64,000 nt of DNA, taken from the sequence record NC_023719.1, one strand, 5' to 3'. Made by a program: the position numbers and the translations under genes. The notes beneath the pieces were generated by a model. The model did no database searches and was not told the origin of the DNA. It saw only the letters and a program-made list of their open reading frames with translations. Below are positions 40,295 to 49,601 of the stretch, piece after piece. Position 1 is the stretch's first letter. Each line of letters starts with the position of its first letter.

Positions 40295-40971
40295 TAATCA
40301 TGATAAATTAATTAGCTACTAACTTTAAATTAGTAGCTTTTTTATATTTGTATTATTTTATATATTATAAGTAGTTACTCTATAGTTTGATTAAATATAG
40401 TATATTACATTAACTAACATTTGTAAATAGTTTTTTGATTATAAATAAAGAAAATGATAATCACTAGATGATTGCTGAGGATGACCCAGTTTTTATTAGA
40501 TATATATTTATATATCTCAAATAATCTCTGAACACAAAACTATTTTTATAAAAACAATTTACATAGCAATAAAGATGTCATATAATAAATAGATTTAAAA
40601 TGAAATAGAACTGGTTAAGAGATCATTACATTATTACGGGAGTTAAGTTGAGTTAAATTTGATTTGATAAACATATGAGAGAAACCGCCGATAAGATAAG
40701 TGTGAGTATATTATCTATAAGCACAAGTAAAGGATTAAACTCACTTAAATAATTTATTTAAAAAAAATTAAAAAACCATTTACAAATACAAAGTTATGTG
40801 ATATTATTAATATATAAGGTAATACAAATTCAAACCTTATAAAAATTATATCCTAAAAAATTAAAAAATTTTAAAAAAACTATTTACAAATACCAAGTAA
40901 TAGGATATAATAAATATATAAGGTAAGGAATTAAAAAAACCTTATAAAAAAAACTTAAGGAGTGTTCAATT

Positions 40972-41415
40972 ATGAAAAAAGTAAACATGGAAACTAAATT
41001 CAACGTGGTAAAGGAAATGGCTAATGAATTAGGAATTAAATATGTAGGAGTTAAAAAGGAAGTTATCATTGAAAATATCAATAACAAAATTGATGAAATC
41101 GAGGCTTCAAAATCTCAGGAATCACAAGAAACACCAAAGGAAACTAAAAAAGCTGGGAAATGGTATGAACAAGAAGGAGCATTTCCATACACAGAAGGGA
41201 CTCTAATGATTATTACAAATCACCCTAACAAAGCAATTGTTGGAAGAATGGTGGAAGTATCTGGACCATCAACAAAAAGAAATGCAGTTAAATGTTTCCT
41301 AATAAGTGGAAAGAATGGACAAAAACAAAAAACTCACCTATCTCTAGATTTCGATATGGTCACTGAACATACTCCACAATATCCAGCATTAATTCCTTCA
41401 ATCATCACAGCATAA
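40972..41415 (+). CDS. paralog family A protein
   Basis: ELGIKYVGVKK, KWYEQEGAF, VSGPSTKRN. Confidence 0.9.
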   Translation: MKKVNMETKFNVVKEMANELGIKYVGVKKEVIIENINNKIDEIEASKSQESQETPKETKKAGKWYEQEGAFPYTEGTLMIITNHPNKAIVGRMVEVSGPSTKRNAVKCFLISGKNGQKQKTHLSLDFDMVTEHTPQYPALIPSIITA

Positions 41416-41543
41416 TCAAACAGGGAGGTCCCTCCTCCCTCTCTTTATCTTTAAAATAACTTATAAAAACGGTTTACATATTTAAAGTAATGTGATATAA
41501 TTAATCTATAAGGTAATACAAATACCTTAATAAAAACTTAGGA

Positions 41544-41924
41544 GTGGTTAATATGAGATATCAAAGTTCTTTCTTAAGAGAAACAGGTAAAAATACAACG
41601 CTTGTATTCGAAAATGAAGCAATGGAAATTCTCTGGAAAAAAGAATTAGTTGGACAAATATCTGACGGGTATTGGGAAAATACTCAAAATAGTGGCTGGC
41701 AATTCTGGTGCAACGTAAATACAACTGTCGGAAGTGAAAACAAATTAATTGGTAAAATCCCTTATGACATCAAACGGAATTTTGGATTCACAAGATTAAT
41801 TCCTTACGTTGGTGATAGAATGGTCGAAGTAATTCAAGGAGTTCACCCTGGAGCTACAGAAAAAGATGTTAGGAAATACCTACAATTAATTTCAAAAACA
41901 CTTAAGGGTGACAAGAGGGATTAA
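41544..41924 (+). CDS. hypothetical protein
   Basis: Cassette ORF; GQISDGYWEN. Confidence 0.85.
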   Translation: MVNMRYQSSFLRETGKNTTLVFENEAMEILWKKELVGQISDGYWENTQNSGWQFWCNVNTTVGSENKLIGKIPYDIKRNFGFTRLIPYVGDRMVEVIQGVHPGATEKDVRKYLQLISKTLKGDKRD

Positions 41925-42047
41925 TCTCCCTCTCTTTCTTTCTATAAAAAGTTTATAAAAACAGTTTACAAATACTCAAAACTAGGATATAATAAATATA
42001 TAAGGTAAGGAATTACTTTACCTAATAAAATCTAAGGAGTGTTTTAA

Positions 42048-42401
42048 ATGAATTTAACAGAAAAGTTAATAAAAGGTTTTGATTTCCACCAAGCAAATTA
42101 TAATTTAACTTGCGATGGTAAATACGAGTTAGACCAATCAAACACTATCGACTTGCGATTTGGTAACTTAGAAGAAGACGGATTCAAAGTGCTTATATCA
42201 GTTTTCGTAATCGACGGGTCACTCAGTAAAATTATTGTATCGGACTATAGTAATTATATAGAAACAAGAGAACAAAACATCTTAGAGGATTTCCTGTACC
42301 ACACGGGCTACTTCATGGACTTCCTTCATGAATCACAAGACAAGCTAGAAGATAAATTGGAAAAAAGCTACGTAGGTAAATTAAAACCAAAGGGGAAATA
42401 A
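42048..42401 (+). CDS. hypothetical protein
   Basis: Cassette ORF. Confidence 0.85.
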   Translation: MNLTEKLIKGFDFHQANYNLTCDGKYELDQSNTIDLRFGNLEEDGFKVLISVFVIDGSLSKIIVSDYSNYIETREQNILEDFLYHTGYFMDFLHESQDKLEDKLEKSYVGKLKPKGK

Positions 42402-42510
42402 TTCCCCTCTCTTTTTTAAAAACTTTATAAAAACCGTTTACAAATACTCAAAACTAGGATATAATAAATATATAAGGTAAGGAATTACTTTATAAAAATA
42501 AAATTTAGGA

Positions 42511-42813
42511 GTGTTTCATATGACAAAAACAATTCAAATTGGTACAGAGGCTACAGGAAGATATTGGTCAGATTGTATCCCGTTAGAAGTAATCGAAATG
42601 ACAGCTTCAGGTAAAACAATTACACTAAGAGAACTAGACGCAGAACCTGCTGAAGGTTACGATTACTTCTCCAATCAAGTCCATACCTTCTCATCAAACC
42701 CAGAAAACAGAATTTTCAAAGCAAGATTCCGCAAACATGGCGGCTGGACTTCATCTTGTGGGTTAAGCATTTCATTCGGAACGGCAAGAAAATACACAGA
42801 CCCACAATACTAA
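42511..42813 (+). CDS. hypothetical protein
   Basis: Cassette ORF. Confidence 0.85.
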   Translation: MFHMTKTIQIGTEATGRYWSDCIPLEVIEMTASGKTITLRELDAEPAEGYDYFSNQVHTFSSNPENRIFKARFRKHGGWTSSCGLSISFGTARKYTDPQY

Positions 42814-43316
42814 GAGAGGGATTCCCTCTCTTTTCTTTCTAACAAGTTCATAAAACAGTTTACATATTAAAATTAATGTGATATAATCTATATATAAGGT
42901 AATAACAATACTTAATAAAGGAGAATAAAAATTAAATAAACGGTTTACAAATACCCAGCTGTATGTTATAATAAATATATAAGGTAATAGAGAGTTCCTC
43001 TGTCTGTAAAAGTGATTAGAAATAACCCAGAGGGCCCTCTGAGCGTGGGCAGATCCCTCTCGAATCACGGGTATATTTTTAGGTTGCGTTTTGACACTTC
43101 TACTGGTTTGATTGTTAGTGTATAAAGGGGGTATATGTGTTGTCTGATATACAATTGGCATCTATTCTGATAATAGGGGTAATAACCATTTGGGCAATTA
43201 TAGAGCACTATCTGACACATTAGGGGTGTTTCCAGAGGGGAAAGTGGGGATAGTAAAAAAATTCTCGGGAGTATTTTTAAGGCAAAAATTAACACTTCAA
43301 AGGGGAGAAATAGATA

Positions 43317-43676
43317 TTGAAACGTGACGAGTTTAATCAAAAGTTAACAGGAAGACTTAAAGCTAATGGACTTGATTATGAAACTATGATGAAAAAAATA
43401 GGGGACGATCTTGCTAAAGCTATGAATTATCATATGGAAGAAAAATATTCAAACCTACAAAAAACTTTAATGACAGTTACCAGGTGTGTAAGTGGCCATA
43501 TGTTTGGGTATATAGATAGTGATGTAATATCAGAAATAAATGGTAAAAAAATATGTAATAATTGTGAAAGAACATATCTGGAAAAATACGCAACCGAGAG
43601 AGTGGCTGAACATAGTACGTTTGAAGAGTTTGTAGAAAGTCAAGTTGTGTTAGAAAAATTAACTGAAGAAGATTGA
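43317..43676 (+). CDS. hypothetical protein, possible zinc-binding
   Basis: GGGGAG RBS; RCVSGH...CNNC. Confidence 0.75.
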   Translation: MKRDEFNQKLTGRLKANGLDYETMMKKIGDDLAKAMNYHMEEKYSNLQKTLMTVTRCVSGHMFGYIDSDVISEINGKKICNNCERTYLEKYATERVAEHSTFEEFVESQVVLEKLTEED

Positions 43677-43896
43677 TATATAGTGAATAAGAAGCAATTG
43701 TGCATAGGTTTAGAACGACATAAATGAACAAAATAGAAAGTAGTAAAAATAACGCACAGCGTTAAAATTACAAAAACAGAATAGTTCAAAAAGATCGATA
43801 GATTGATGAGTAAAAACCAACAAGTTGGTGATGAAAAAAAATAATCTATTGATTTAAAGTGTCGTAGATGTAGTTGCACATATAGGGGGTAATTAG

Positions 43897-44301
43897 TTGA
43901 ATGTAGAAGAAAAAATAGATAATATCATTGAAGAACAATCATGTAGAATGCAAGTAGCATGGGCGCTTGCTGGGTTTACGGGTAAAATTGTATATAAAAA
44001 ACAAATAGAAGAATCAGAGATACTTTGGGGTATAGGTGGGTATAGAAGTACTAATGTTAAGACGGCAAGAATGCCTATTAATATTATTTTTGAAAATAAA
44101 GAAATAACAATATCTCTTTCTAGGAGAGGATTAGGTATTCGTGAATCTGATTTAAAAGATTGTAAAAACTATTTTAGTAAAAATAATATTAAAAGAACTG
44201 ATAGTTTGCATCTTTTGGAATTTAAAGTAACCAATGTAGATGATTTAGTGCATTTATTTTATCTAATAGATAGAAGTAATTTCATAAAAGGATTTGAATA
44301 A
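43897..44301 (+). CDS. hypothetical protein
   Basis: GGGGG RBS. Confidence 0.7.
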   Translation: MNVEEKIDNIIEEQSCRMQVAWALAGFTGKIVYKKQIEESEILWGIGGYRSTNVKTARMPINIIFENKEITISLSRRGLGIRESDLKDCKNYFSKNNIKRTDSLHLLEFKVTNVDDLVHLFYLIDRSNFIKGFE

Positions 44302-44569
44302 GAGAAAGGGGAAATTCATGATGAGACTATTCAGTAGAAAAAGACCAGAACTTAAAAAAGTAAATTATGGCACCCTATTTGGAGAGAAGAAATTCGTAAA
44401 AGGGTATCAAATGATAAAGGATAGAGAGTTTTCAGATGTTGAGGTGAGAATCTTGTTGTCGATGTTGGGAGTTGCTTTACATAGGGGAGATATGAAAGAA
44501 TTTGAAGCATTTCTTGATGAAAAGAAGAAAGCGTTTGAAGAAATGAATAAGAAAGATAAAGTTCAATAG
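44294..44569 (+). CDS. hypothetical protein
   Basis: Operon ORF. Confidence 0.7.
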   Translation: MNKRKGKFMMRLFSRKRPELKKVNYGTLFGEKKFVKGYQMIKDREFSDVEVRILLSMLGVALHRGDMKEFEAFLDEKKKAFEEMNKKDKVQ

Positions 44570-44835
44570 AGTCTTCATATAGAGGATTCTAGAAAGAGTT
44601 TGATTTTGGACTGGGAGGCGATAATACCCCAGCTAAAGTAATATATAAAAAGGCACTTTAATGAGTGTCTTTTTTTTATTTATTTAGTGTATCTACATAG
44701 AGGTGGGCCCATTGTTATTAATTTAATTACTTATTTTATATTTTAAATAGACATAGTATGTCTGTACTAGTGTTTAAAAAACAAAATGTTTAAAACAATT
44801 AATTTGTTTTTTGCATGAAGGGAGGGAGTAATAGT

Positions 44836-47800
44836 ATGTCGTTTTCACGTAATGATAAGTTTAATGCTGATCGTAACTTTGTTAGAGTGAGATTTGGTAA
44901 GGGTAAAGTTTTATTAGAATCAGAATTAAACGAAATGCAGAAGATTCTTACACAACAAATTAGAAATAGCAACAAAATTATTTTTGAAGATGGTTTTGTA
45001 GGTATTCAACATGTAAAGTATGAAAATGCTATATTTAGATTTTTAGTTGATTACTACATTCAAGATGGATTAATTTATCCATTGGGAACTGAAATGGTAC
45101 TGAATATATCTAATACTAAAACAGAATATGATATTTATTTTGAAGCGCAAGAACTTACTGTAAGTTATGCTGATAAAATACCTAACAAAGGTAATTTAAA
45201 CATGAACGAATTAATTTCCATTTCTGATATTTTAGATGTAGAAGTAGAGATAGAAGATAAAGAAACATCTAGAAGAGTTCAATGGCAATATAAGCTAGTG
45301 TTGGTTGCTAAAGGTACAAATTATACTGGTAATGGTAAATTAATTGCTAATATTTCTTCTAATGGTGTACTTACTACGATAGTTGAAGAAAGTAAAAACG
45401 CGATCCAAACAATTTATGATGACCATCTTGTGCCTTTACAAAATGGATATGAAAACTTAAGAGAAAAAGTTGATTCTCAAGGTATCACTGTAACTTCTTT
45501 ACAAGATAAAGTAAACGTAATAGAAACAACAAGTGTTAGATCTGTGAATAATAGTTTCCCAAATGTTGATGGCGACATTACTATTGGTATTCCAACTAAC
45601 ACGAGTGAATTAAATAATGATAGTGAATTTACTACATCTAGTTTTGTTGATACAAAAGTTGAGGAAGTAAAGGATTTTGTAAAAACTGAAATAGACGCAA
45701 AAAATTATATCATTAATCCGAATAAATGGAAAGGAGCAAGCGTTTCTGTATTTGGAACTTACACATTTGATTCAATTTATCAATCCGTAAAGGATTTGAA
45801 TGTCAATATTTTGACAATACCCGTAAATGTTGAAGCAGTTAGTTTAACTGACTCTGAGCCGAAAATTAATCAAGCTCAATTTACTAAAGTGAAAGATGTT
45901 GTTGCTCGTTTATTAGAAAAAGGAATAAGAGTTATTCTAGAACCATTCCCATTAATTGGAGAAGGTAAATTGGTTGAAACAGAATGGAATCCATCAGATC
46001 CAAACTTATGGTTTACTCATTGGGGAAATGCATTAAAAGAGCTAGCTCAATATTCACAAGAAAATAATTTAGAAGCATTATATATAGCGAGTAACTTTAC
46101 GCACATGGAACAACACATAACTAAATGGGAATCTTTAATCTCAGATGTCAGAGCGATATATAATGGTAAGATATTGTATAGAACTAGCTGGTGGATTACA
46201 GCTTCTTGGGCTCCAGAAACAGTTACAGCGTATCAAGCTAAACTAAACAATCCAATTTATGGTTTAGTGGATGTTATTTCTATTGCTGCATACTTTGAAT
46301 TAACTGATAATTCAGATGCTAGTGTTGATGATTTAATAGCGAATATCTATAGTGTTTCTTTATTTGGAAGAGGACAAAATGTATTCCAAGAAATAAAGAA
46401 TTTTAATGATAAATGGAATAAGCCTATCTTCTTTGGTGAATTAGGTATTGCGCCATATAAAACTGCTTATTCTCAGCCTTGGCAATTCCAATTCGATGGA
46501 GCGTTATATGATGAGAAGATCCAAAGTAGATGGTTCGATGCTTTCTATCAAGTATTCCATAAGGAAGATTGGTTCAAAGGGTTCTCTATTTTCGCAGTAG
46601 ATGATGAAACTTCTGAATATAAAATAAGACAAAACAACGTCTCTCAATTAGCTCTATATGATTTTAATAAAAACAATGAAAATCCATTTAAAAATTATAT
46701 AGATAGTGAGTTAAAGAGAAAAGTTGATAATTCTCAATTAGAAGAATATAAGAAAAAGTTAGATGACGCTGAGTACACTATTAGCAAACTTGGATATGTA
46801 CCACCAAGTAGAAAAGGAAGGCTTGTTACAGATTTCAGTAAGTTTGTATTATGGTATGGAATAGTTGCGCAAGATACTGAACATGTAATAGTTGGTCCTT
46901 CTTCTGTGAAAGTCACAACAGATACTGCTAATACTACAGCAGCTGCTCGTTTACGTAGTACTAAATATAATTTCTCTAAAGCTAAAAATATGACAATTAG
47001 ATTTTATGTAGAAGATATAAATAAACTATCTAATATTGAGTTGAGATTATCTTCAGTAGATAATATGACTAGCTATTTATCTTGGAAAACCACAAAATGG
47101 AAAGTTGTAAATGGATGGAACGAAGTAATGATTCCACTTTCTAAACTCACTGCTACAGGCGGAGAGCTAATAACTAATACTATTACAACAATTCAAATTA
47201 GCGTAACTGGAGATCATACTTCTGTAATATTTGATAGTATTTTTGTTAATAGGAAAAGTAATGCTAATGTAATGTTCCAATTTGACGATGGTTGGTTATC
47301 AGTTTATACTAATGCATTCCCAGAAATGCGCAGTAGAGGAATGGTCGGTAATGTTGGTGTTATTAGTAACTCAGTTGGCACTAATAACTATATTACTTTA
47401 AATCAGTTTAAAGAATTGCAAAATTATGGTTGGGAAATGTTTAATCACACTGTAACACACAGGGATTTATCTCTATTAACAGAAGAAGAAATAAGAACGG
47501 AGCTTAATGGTTGTAGAGATTGGTTAATAGCGAATGGATTTAAAACTGCTGCTAATTTTGTAGCTTATCCTTATGGTAATTCAAACGATGCAGTATTTGA
47601 AGTAATGAAAGATTTTGAATTTGGAAGAACAGTGAGAGAAGAATATGAAGTGCTTCCGCCTATTAATCCACATCGTTTAAAGTGTTTTACATTTGATAAT
47701 GCTATAGACGTAAGTGTTGCTACAAATGCGATAGATCACGCTATAGAATGTGGTGACACAGTAATTTTCTTATTCCACAAAATAGAAGCAAACACTAATA

Positions 47801-47913
47801 CAGAAACAATTAATTACCCAATAGATAAATTTATACAAATTTTAGATTACATCTATGATAAATTAGATAAAATTGATGTAATCACTTGTAGTGAATTTGC
47901 AAATATTCGTTAA
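44836..47913 (+). CDS. virion/tail-associated multi-domain carbohydrate enzyme: DUF4815-like anchor + GH113-like TIM barrel + beta-sandwich + CE4 polysaccharide deacetylase
   Basis: FVRVRFGKGKVLLESELNEMQ; ILEPFP...DVISIAAYF...PIFFGELG; FQFDDG...WEMFNHTVTH...AYPYG...IFLFH. Confidence 0.75.
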   Translation: MSFSRNDKFNADRNFVRVRFGKGKVLLESELNEMQKILTQQIRNSNKIIFEDGFVGIQHVKYENAIFRFLVDYYIQDGLIYPLGTEMVLNISNTKTEYDIYFEAQELTVSYADKIPNKGNLNMNELISISDILDVEVEIEDKETSRRVQWQYKLVLVAKGTNYTGNGKLIANISSNGVLTTIVEESKNAIQTIYDDHLVPLQNGYENLREKVDSQGITVTSLQDKVNVIETTSVRSVNNSFPNVDGDITIGIPTNTSELNNDSEFTTSSFVDTKVEEVKDFVKTEIDAKNYIINPNKWKGASVSVFGTYTFDSIYQSVKDLNVNILTIPVNVEAVSLTDSEPKINQAQFTKVKDVVARLLEKGIRVILEPFPLIGEGKLVETEWNPSDPNLWFTHWGNALKELAQYSQENNLEALYIASNFTHMEQHITKWESLISDVRAIYNGKILYRTSWWITASWAPETVTAYQAKLNNPIYGLVDVISIAAYFELTDNSDASVDDLIANIYSVSLFGRGQNVFQEIKNFNDKWNKPIFFGELGIAPYKTAYSQPWQFQFDGALYDEKIQSRWFDAFYQVFHKEDWFKGFSIFAVDDETSEYKIRQNNVSQLALYDFNKNNENPFKNYIDSELKRKVDNSQLEEYKKKLDDAEYTISKLGYVPPSRKGRLVTDFSKFVLWYGIVAQDTEHVIVGPSSVKVTTDTANTTAAARLRSTKYNFSKAKNMTIRFYVEDINKLSNIELRLSSVDNMTSYLSWKTTKWKVVNGWNEVMIPLSKLTATGGELITNTITTIQISVTGDHTSVIFDSIFVNRKSNANVMFQFDDGWLSVYTNAFPEMRSRGMVGNVGVISNSVGTNNYITLNQFKELQNYGWEMFNHTVTHRDLSLLTEEEIRTELNGCRDWLIANGFKTAANFVAYPYGNSNDAVFEVMKDFEFGRTVREEYEVLPPINPHRLKCFTFDNAIDVSVATNAIDHAIECGDTVIFLFHKIEANTNTETINYPIDKFIQILDYIYDKLDKIDVITCSEFANIR

Positions 47914-48103
47914 GTAATTTTTAGAGAAGATATTCATTTATCTTCTCTTTTTTTATTTTACAATCATACAATATGATTATTATTTAATAACAGAGTTTAA
48001 TTCTGAGTGAAAATAAATGAATATGAATGATAAATATAATGATGGTAAAATATTTTAATTTCTTTTAACTTTTACATAAAATGAAAATAAAAAGGGGATA
48101 AAA

Positions 48104-48523
48104 ATGACATTAGAAAATCCAAAGAAGAAAAGGGTAATAGAGATATTAAATAACTTTATCGTAATAGATTCTTTAGCAGCGACTGATAAAACTTTTACAT
48201 TAGAAGTATACGAAAGATTAGCAAAAGATTGTTACTTATGGGAAATTAGATTTGTTGAAAATGCTCAAGAGGCTATAAGTTTTTCTCACAATTTAATAAA
48301 TATACGATTAAAGAATGGTAGAATAGAAGTTACATCTAATTTGTTTCTTGTAAAAAGTATTTTTAAGTATGAATTTCTTGGTTATAAAAAATCAGAAGTT
48401 GGAGATGTGCCGTTTAATAGGTTTTTATATGAAGTTACATTAGATAGTATAGAAGAGCTGTCTTATCTATTAGAAAGAGTCGTTTCAAAAGCAAGGTTAG
48501 AATTTGTATTAACGAAATTTTAA
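48104..48523 (+). CDS. hypothetical protein
   Basis: GGGG RBS. Confidence 0.75.
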   Translation: MTLENPKKKRVIEILNNFIVIDSLAATDKTFTLEVYERLAKDCYLWEIRFVENAQEAISFSHNLINIRLKNGRIEVTSNLFLVKSIFKYEFLGYKKSEVGDVPFNRFLYEVTLDSIEELSYLLERVVSKARLEFVLTKF

Positions 48524-48596
48524 AAAATGTGAATAGAATTAACTAAAAAGCCTATTTAAAAATAAAATTAGGTTTCAATAAAAAGGAGATAACAGT

Positions 48597-49124
48597 ATGA
48601 AAAGATTAAGAAAGACTGCGAATGTTGATATTGATATGTTCTTAGATTCATTATTAAATTTTAATCAATATTCTCAAGATGATATAGATAATTTAGTTAA
48701 AAATAATCCAGACTGTTTATATAATGGAGAAGGTTATAGAGTTTTTTTGTTTGAAATTGAAGATTTTAAACAAGCTAGAAAAGAGAGTCAAAAAGAAGGT
48801 TTATGGGGAACTATTGACAGATTGATTAGAGTTGATGATTCATTTCAATCTTTTTCTAAAAGTCTAAATGGGATAAATAATGTTACAGATAACTTTGAAC
48901 ATTCTGGTGAACATGGGGAAGTGAAAATTGTCATTAAATTTATTATAGATGATGGATTAGATATTTCAAAACTAATAGAGAAATTTAAGAATGAATTATC
49001 AGAAGAAACTGTCATGAGTTATGAAACCTATGCTAGCGAAGAAGAAGTTTTAGCTAGATTCAATTCGGAAGATTTTGAAATAGCAAATATGGAGGAATTT
49101 TCTAAACTTTATTATGAATTATAA
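48597..49124 (+). CDS. ADP-ribosyltransferase-fold protein (R-S-E class)
   Basis: LYNGEGYRV, FQSFSKS, SEEEVL; MKRLRKTAN leader. Confidence 0.65.
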   Translation: MKRLRKTANVDIDMFLDSLLNFNQYSQDDIDNLVKNNPDCLYNGEGYRVFLFEIEDFKQARKESQKEGLWGTIDRLIRVDDSFQSFSKSLNGINNVTDNFEHSGEHGEVKIVIKFIIDDGLDISKLIEKFKNELSEETVMSYETYASEEEVLARFNSEDFEIANMEEFSKLYYEL

Positions 49125-49181
49125 TGGAAATATGAATAGAATGCTATAAAAAACTTATTAAAGTAATAGATATAGCAGGAG

Positions 49182-49442
49182 GTGCAATTAAGCACAATGG
49201 ATTATGACCCCAGGGTGATTGAAGTTAACATCCAGTTGAGTGATTTACATCAACAAATGCAGCAACAAGAGGAATTAATTAAAAAGTCACATCTAATAAA
49301 GAAATTTATAGAATGGCGGAAGTTAAAGAATTTGCGAAATGAATATAAGAAGAAAAAAGAATTTAAGAAAACACTGGTAGCAAATATAAAAAGATCCTCA
49401 CAAAGAAGAAAAAGAAAAAGAAATGCTGCAAGATATAATTAA
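49182..49442 (+). CDS. basic coiled-coil hypothetical protein
   Basis: AGGAGG just upstream; start uncertain (ATG 49197). Confidence 0.65.
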   Translation: MQLSTMDYDPRVIEVNIQLSDLHQQMQQQEELIKKSHLIKKFIEWRKLKNLRNEYKKKKEFKKTLVANIKRSSQRRKRKRNAARYN

Positions 49443-49601
49443 AACTATCTATCTATTAGATAGTTTTTTTATTTATAGTAAAATGTAACCAGAAATCAAA
49501 AATCACATAAAATGTATATTGTATAAGAGATGTAGAAAAAGAAAGAATAATACAAAAGAATAGATTAAATAATAATCTTTCTATATTATAAGGAGAGGAT
49601 T

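Larger units (their letters stand above)
247..43000 (+). promoter_or_regulatory. Array of about 50 near-consensus sigma-A early promoters (AAAAACAGTTTACA-N17-TATAAT-WAAWTATA-ATAAGG)
   Basis: Examples: TTTACA 247-252/TATAAT 270-275; 15385-15390/15408-15413; 23421-23426/23444-23449; 41965-41970/41988-41993; all have 17-bp spacers. Counted by eye. Confidence 0.9.

Noticed and set aside
8281-41924. Conserved N-terminal MVNM/MIVM peptide in many ORFs
   Set aside because: Artefact of GTG inside the GGAGTG RBS; the true starts are the ATG 6-9 nt downstream.
247-43000. Repeat-spacer pattern resembling a CRISPR array
   Set aside because: The repeats are promoter/RBS junctions, the spacers are 200-700 bp intact ORFs, and no cas genes are present.
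44560-44680. Small RNA around CTGGG...CCCAG
   Set aside because: Only one short stem before an ordinary terminator; not enough evidence.
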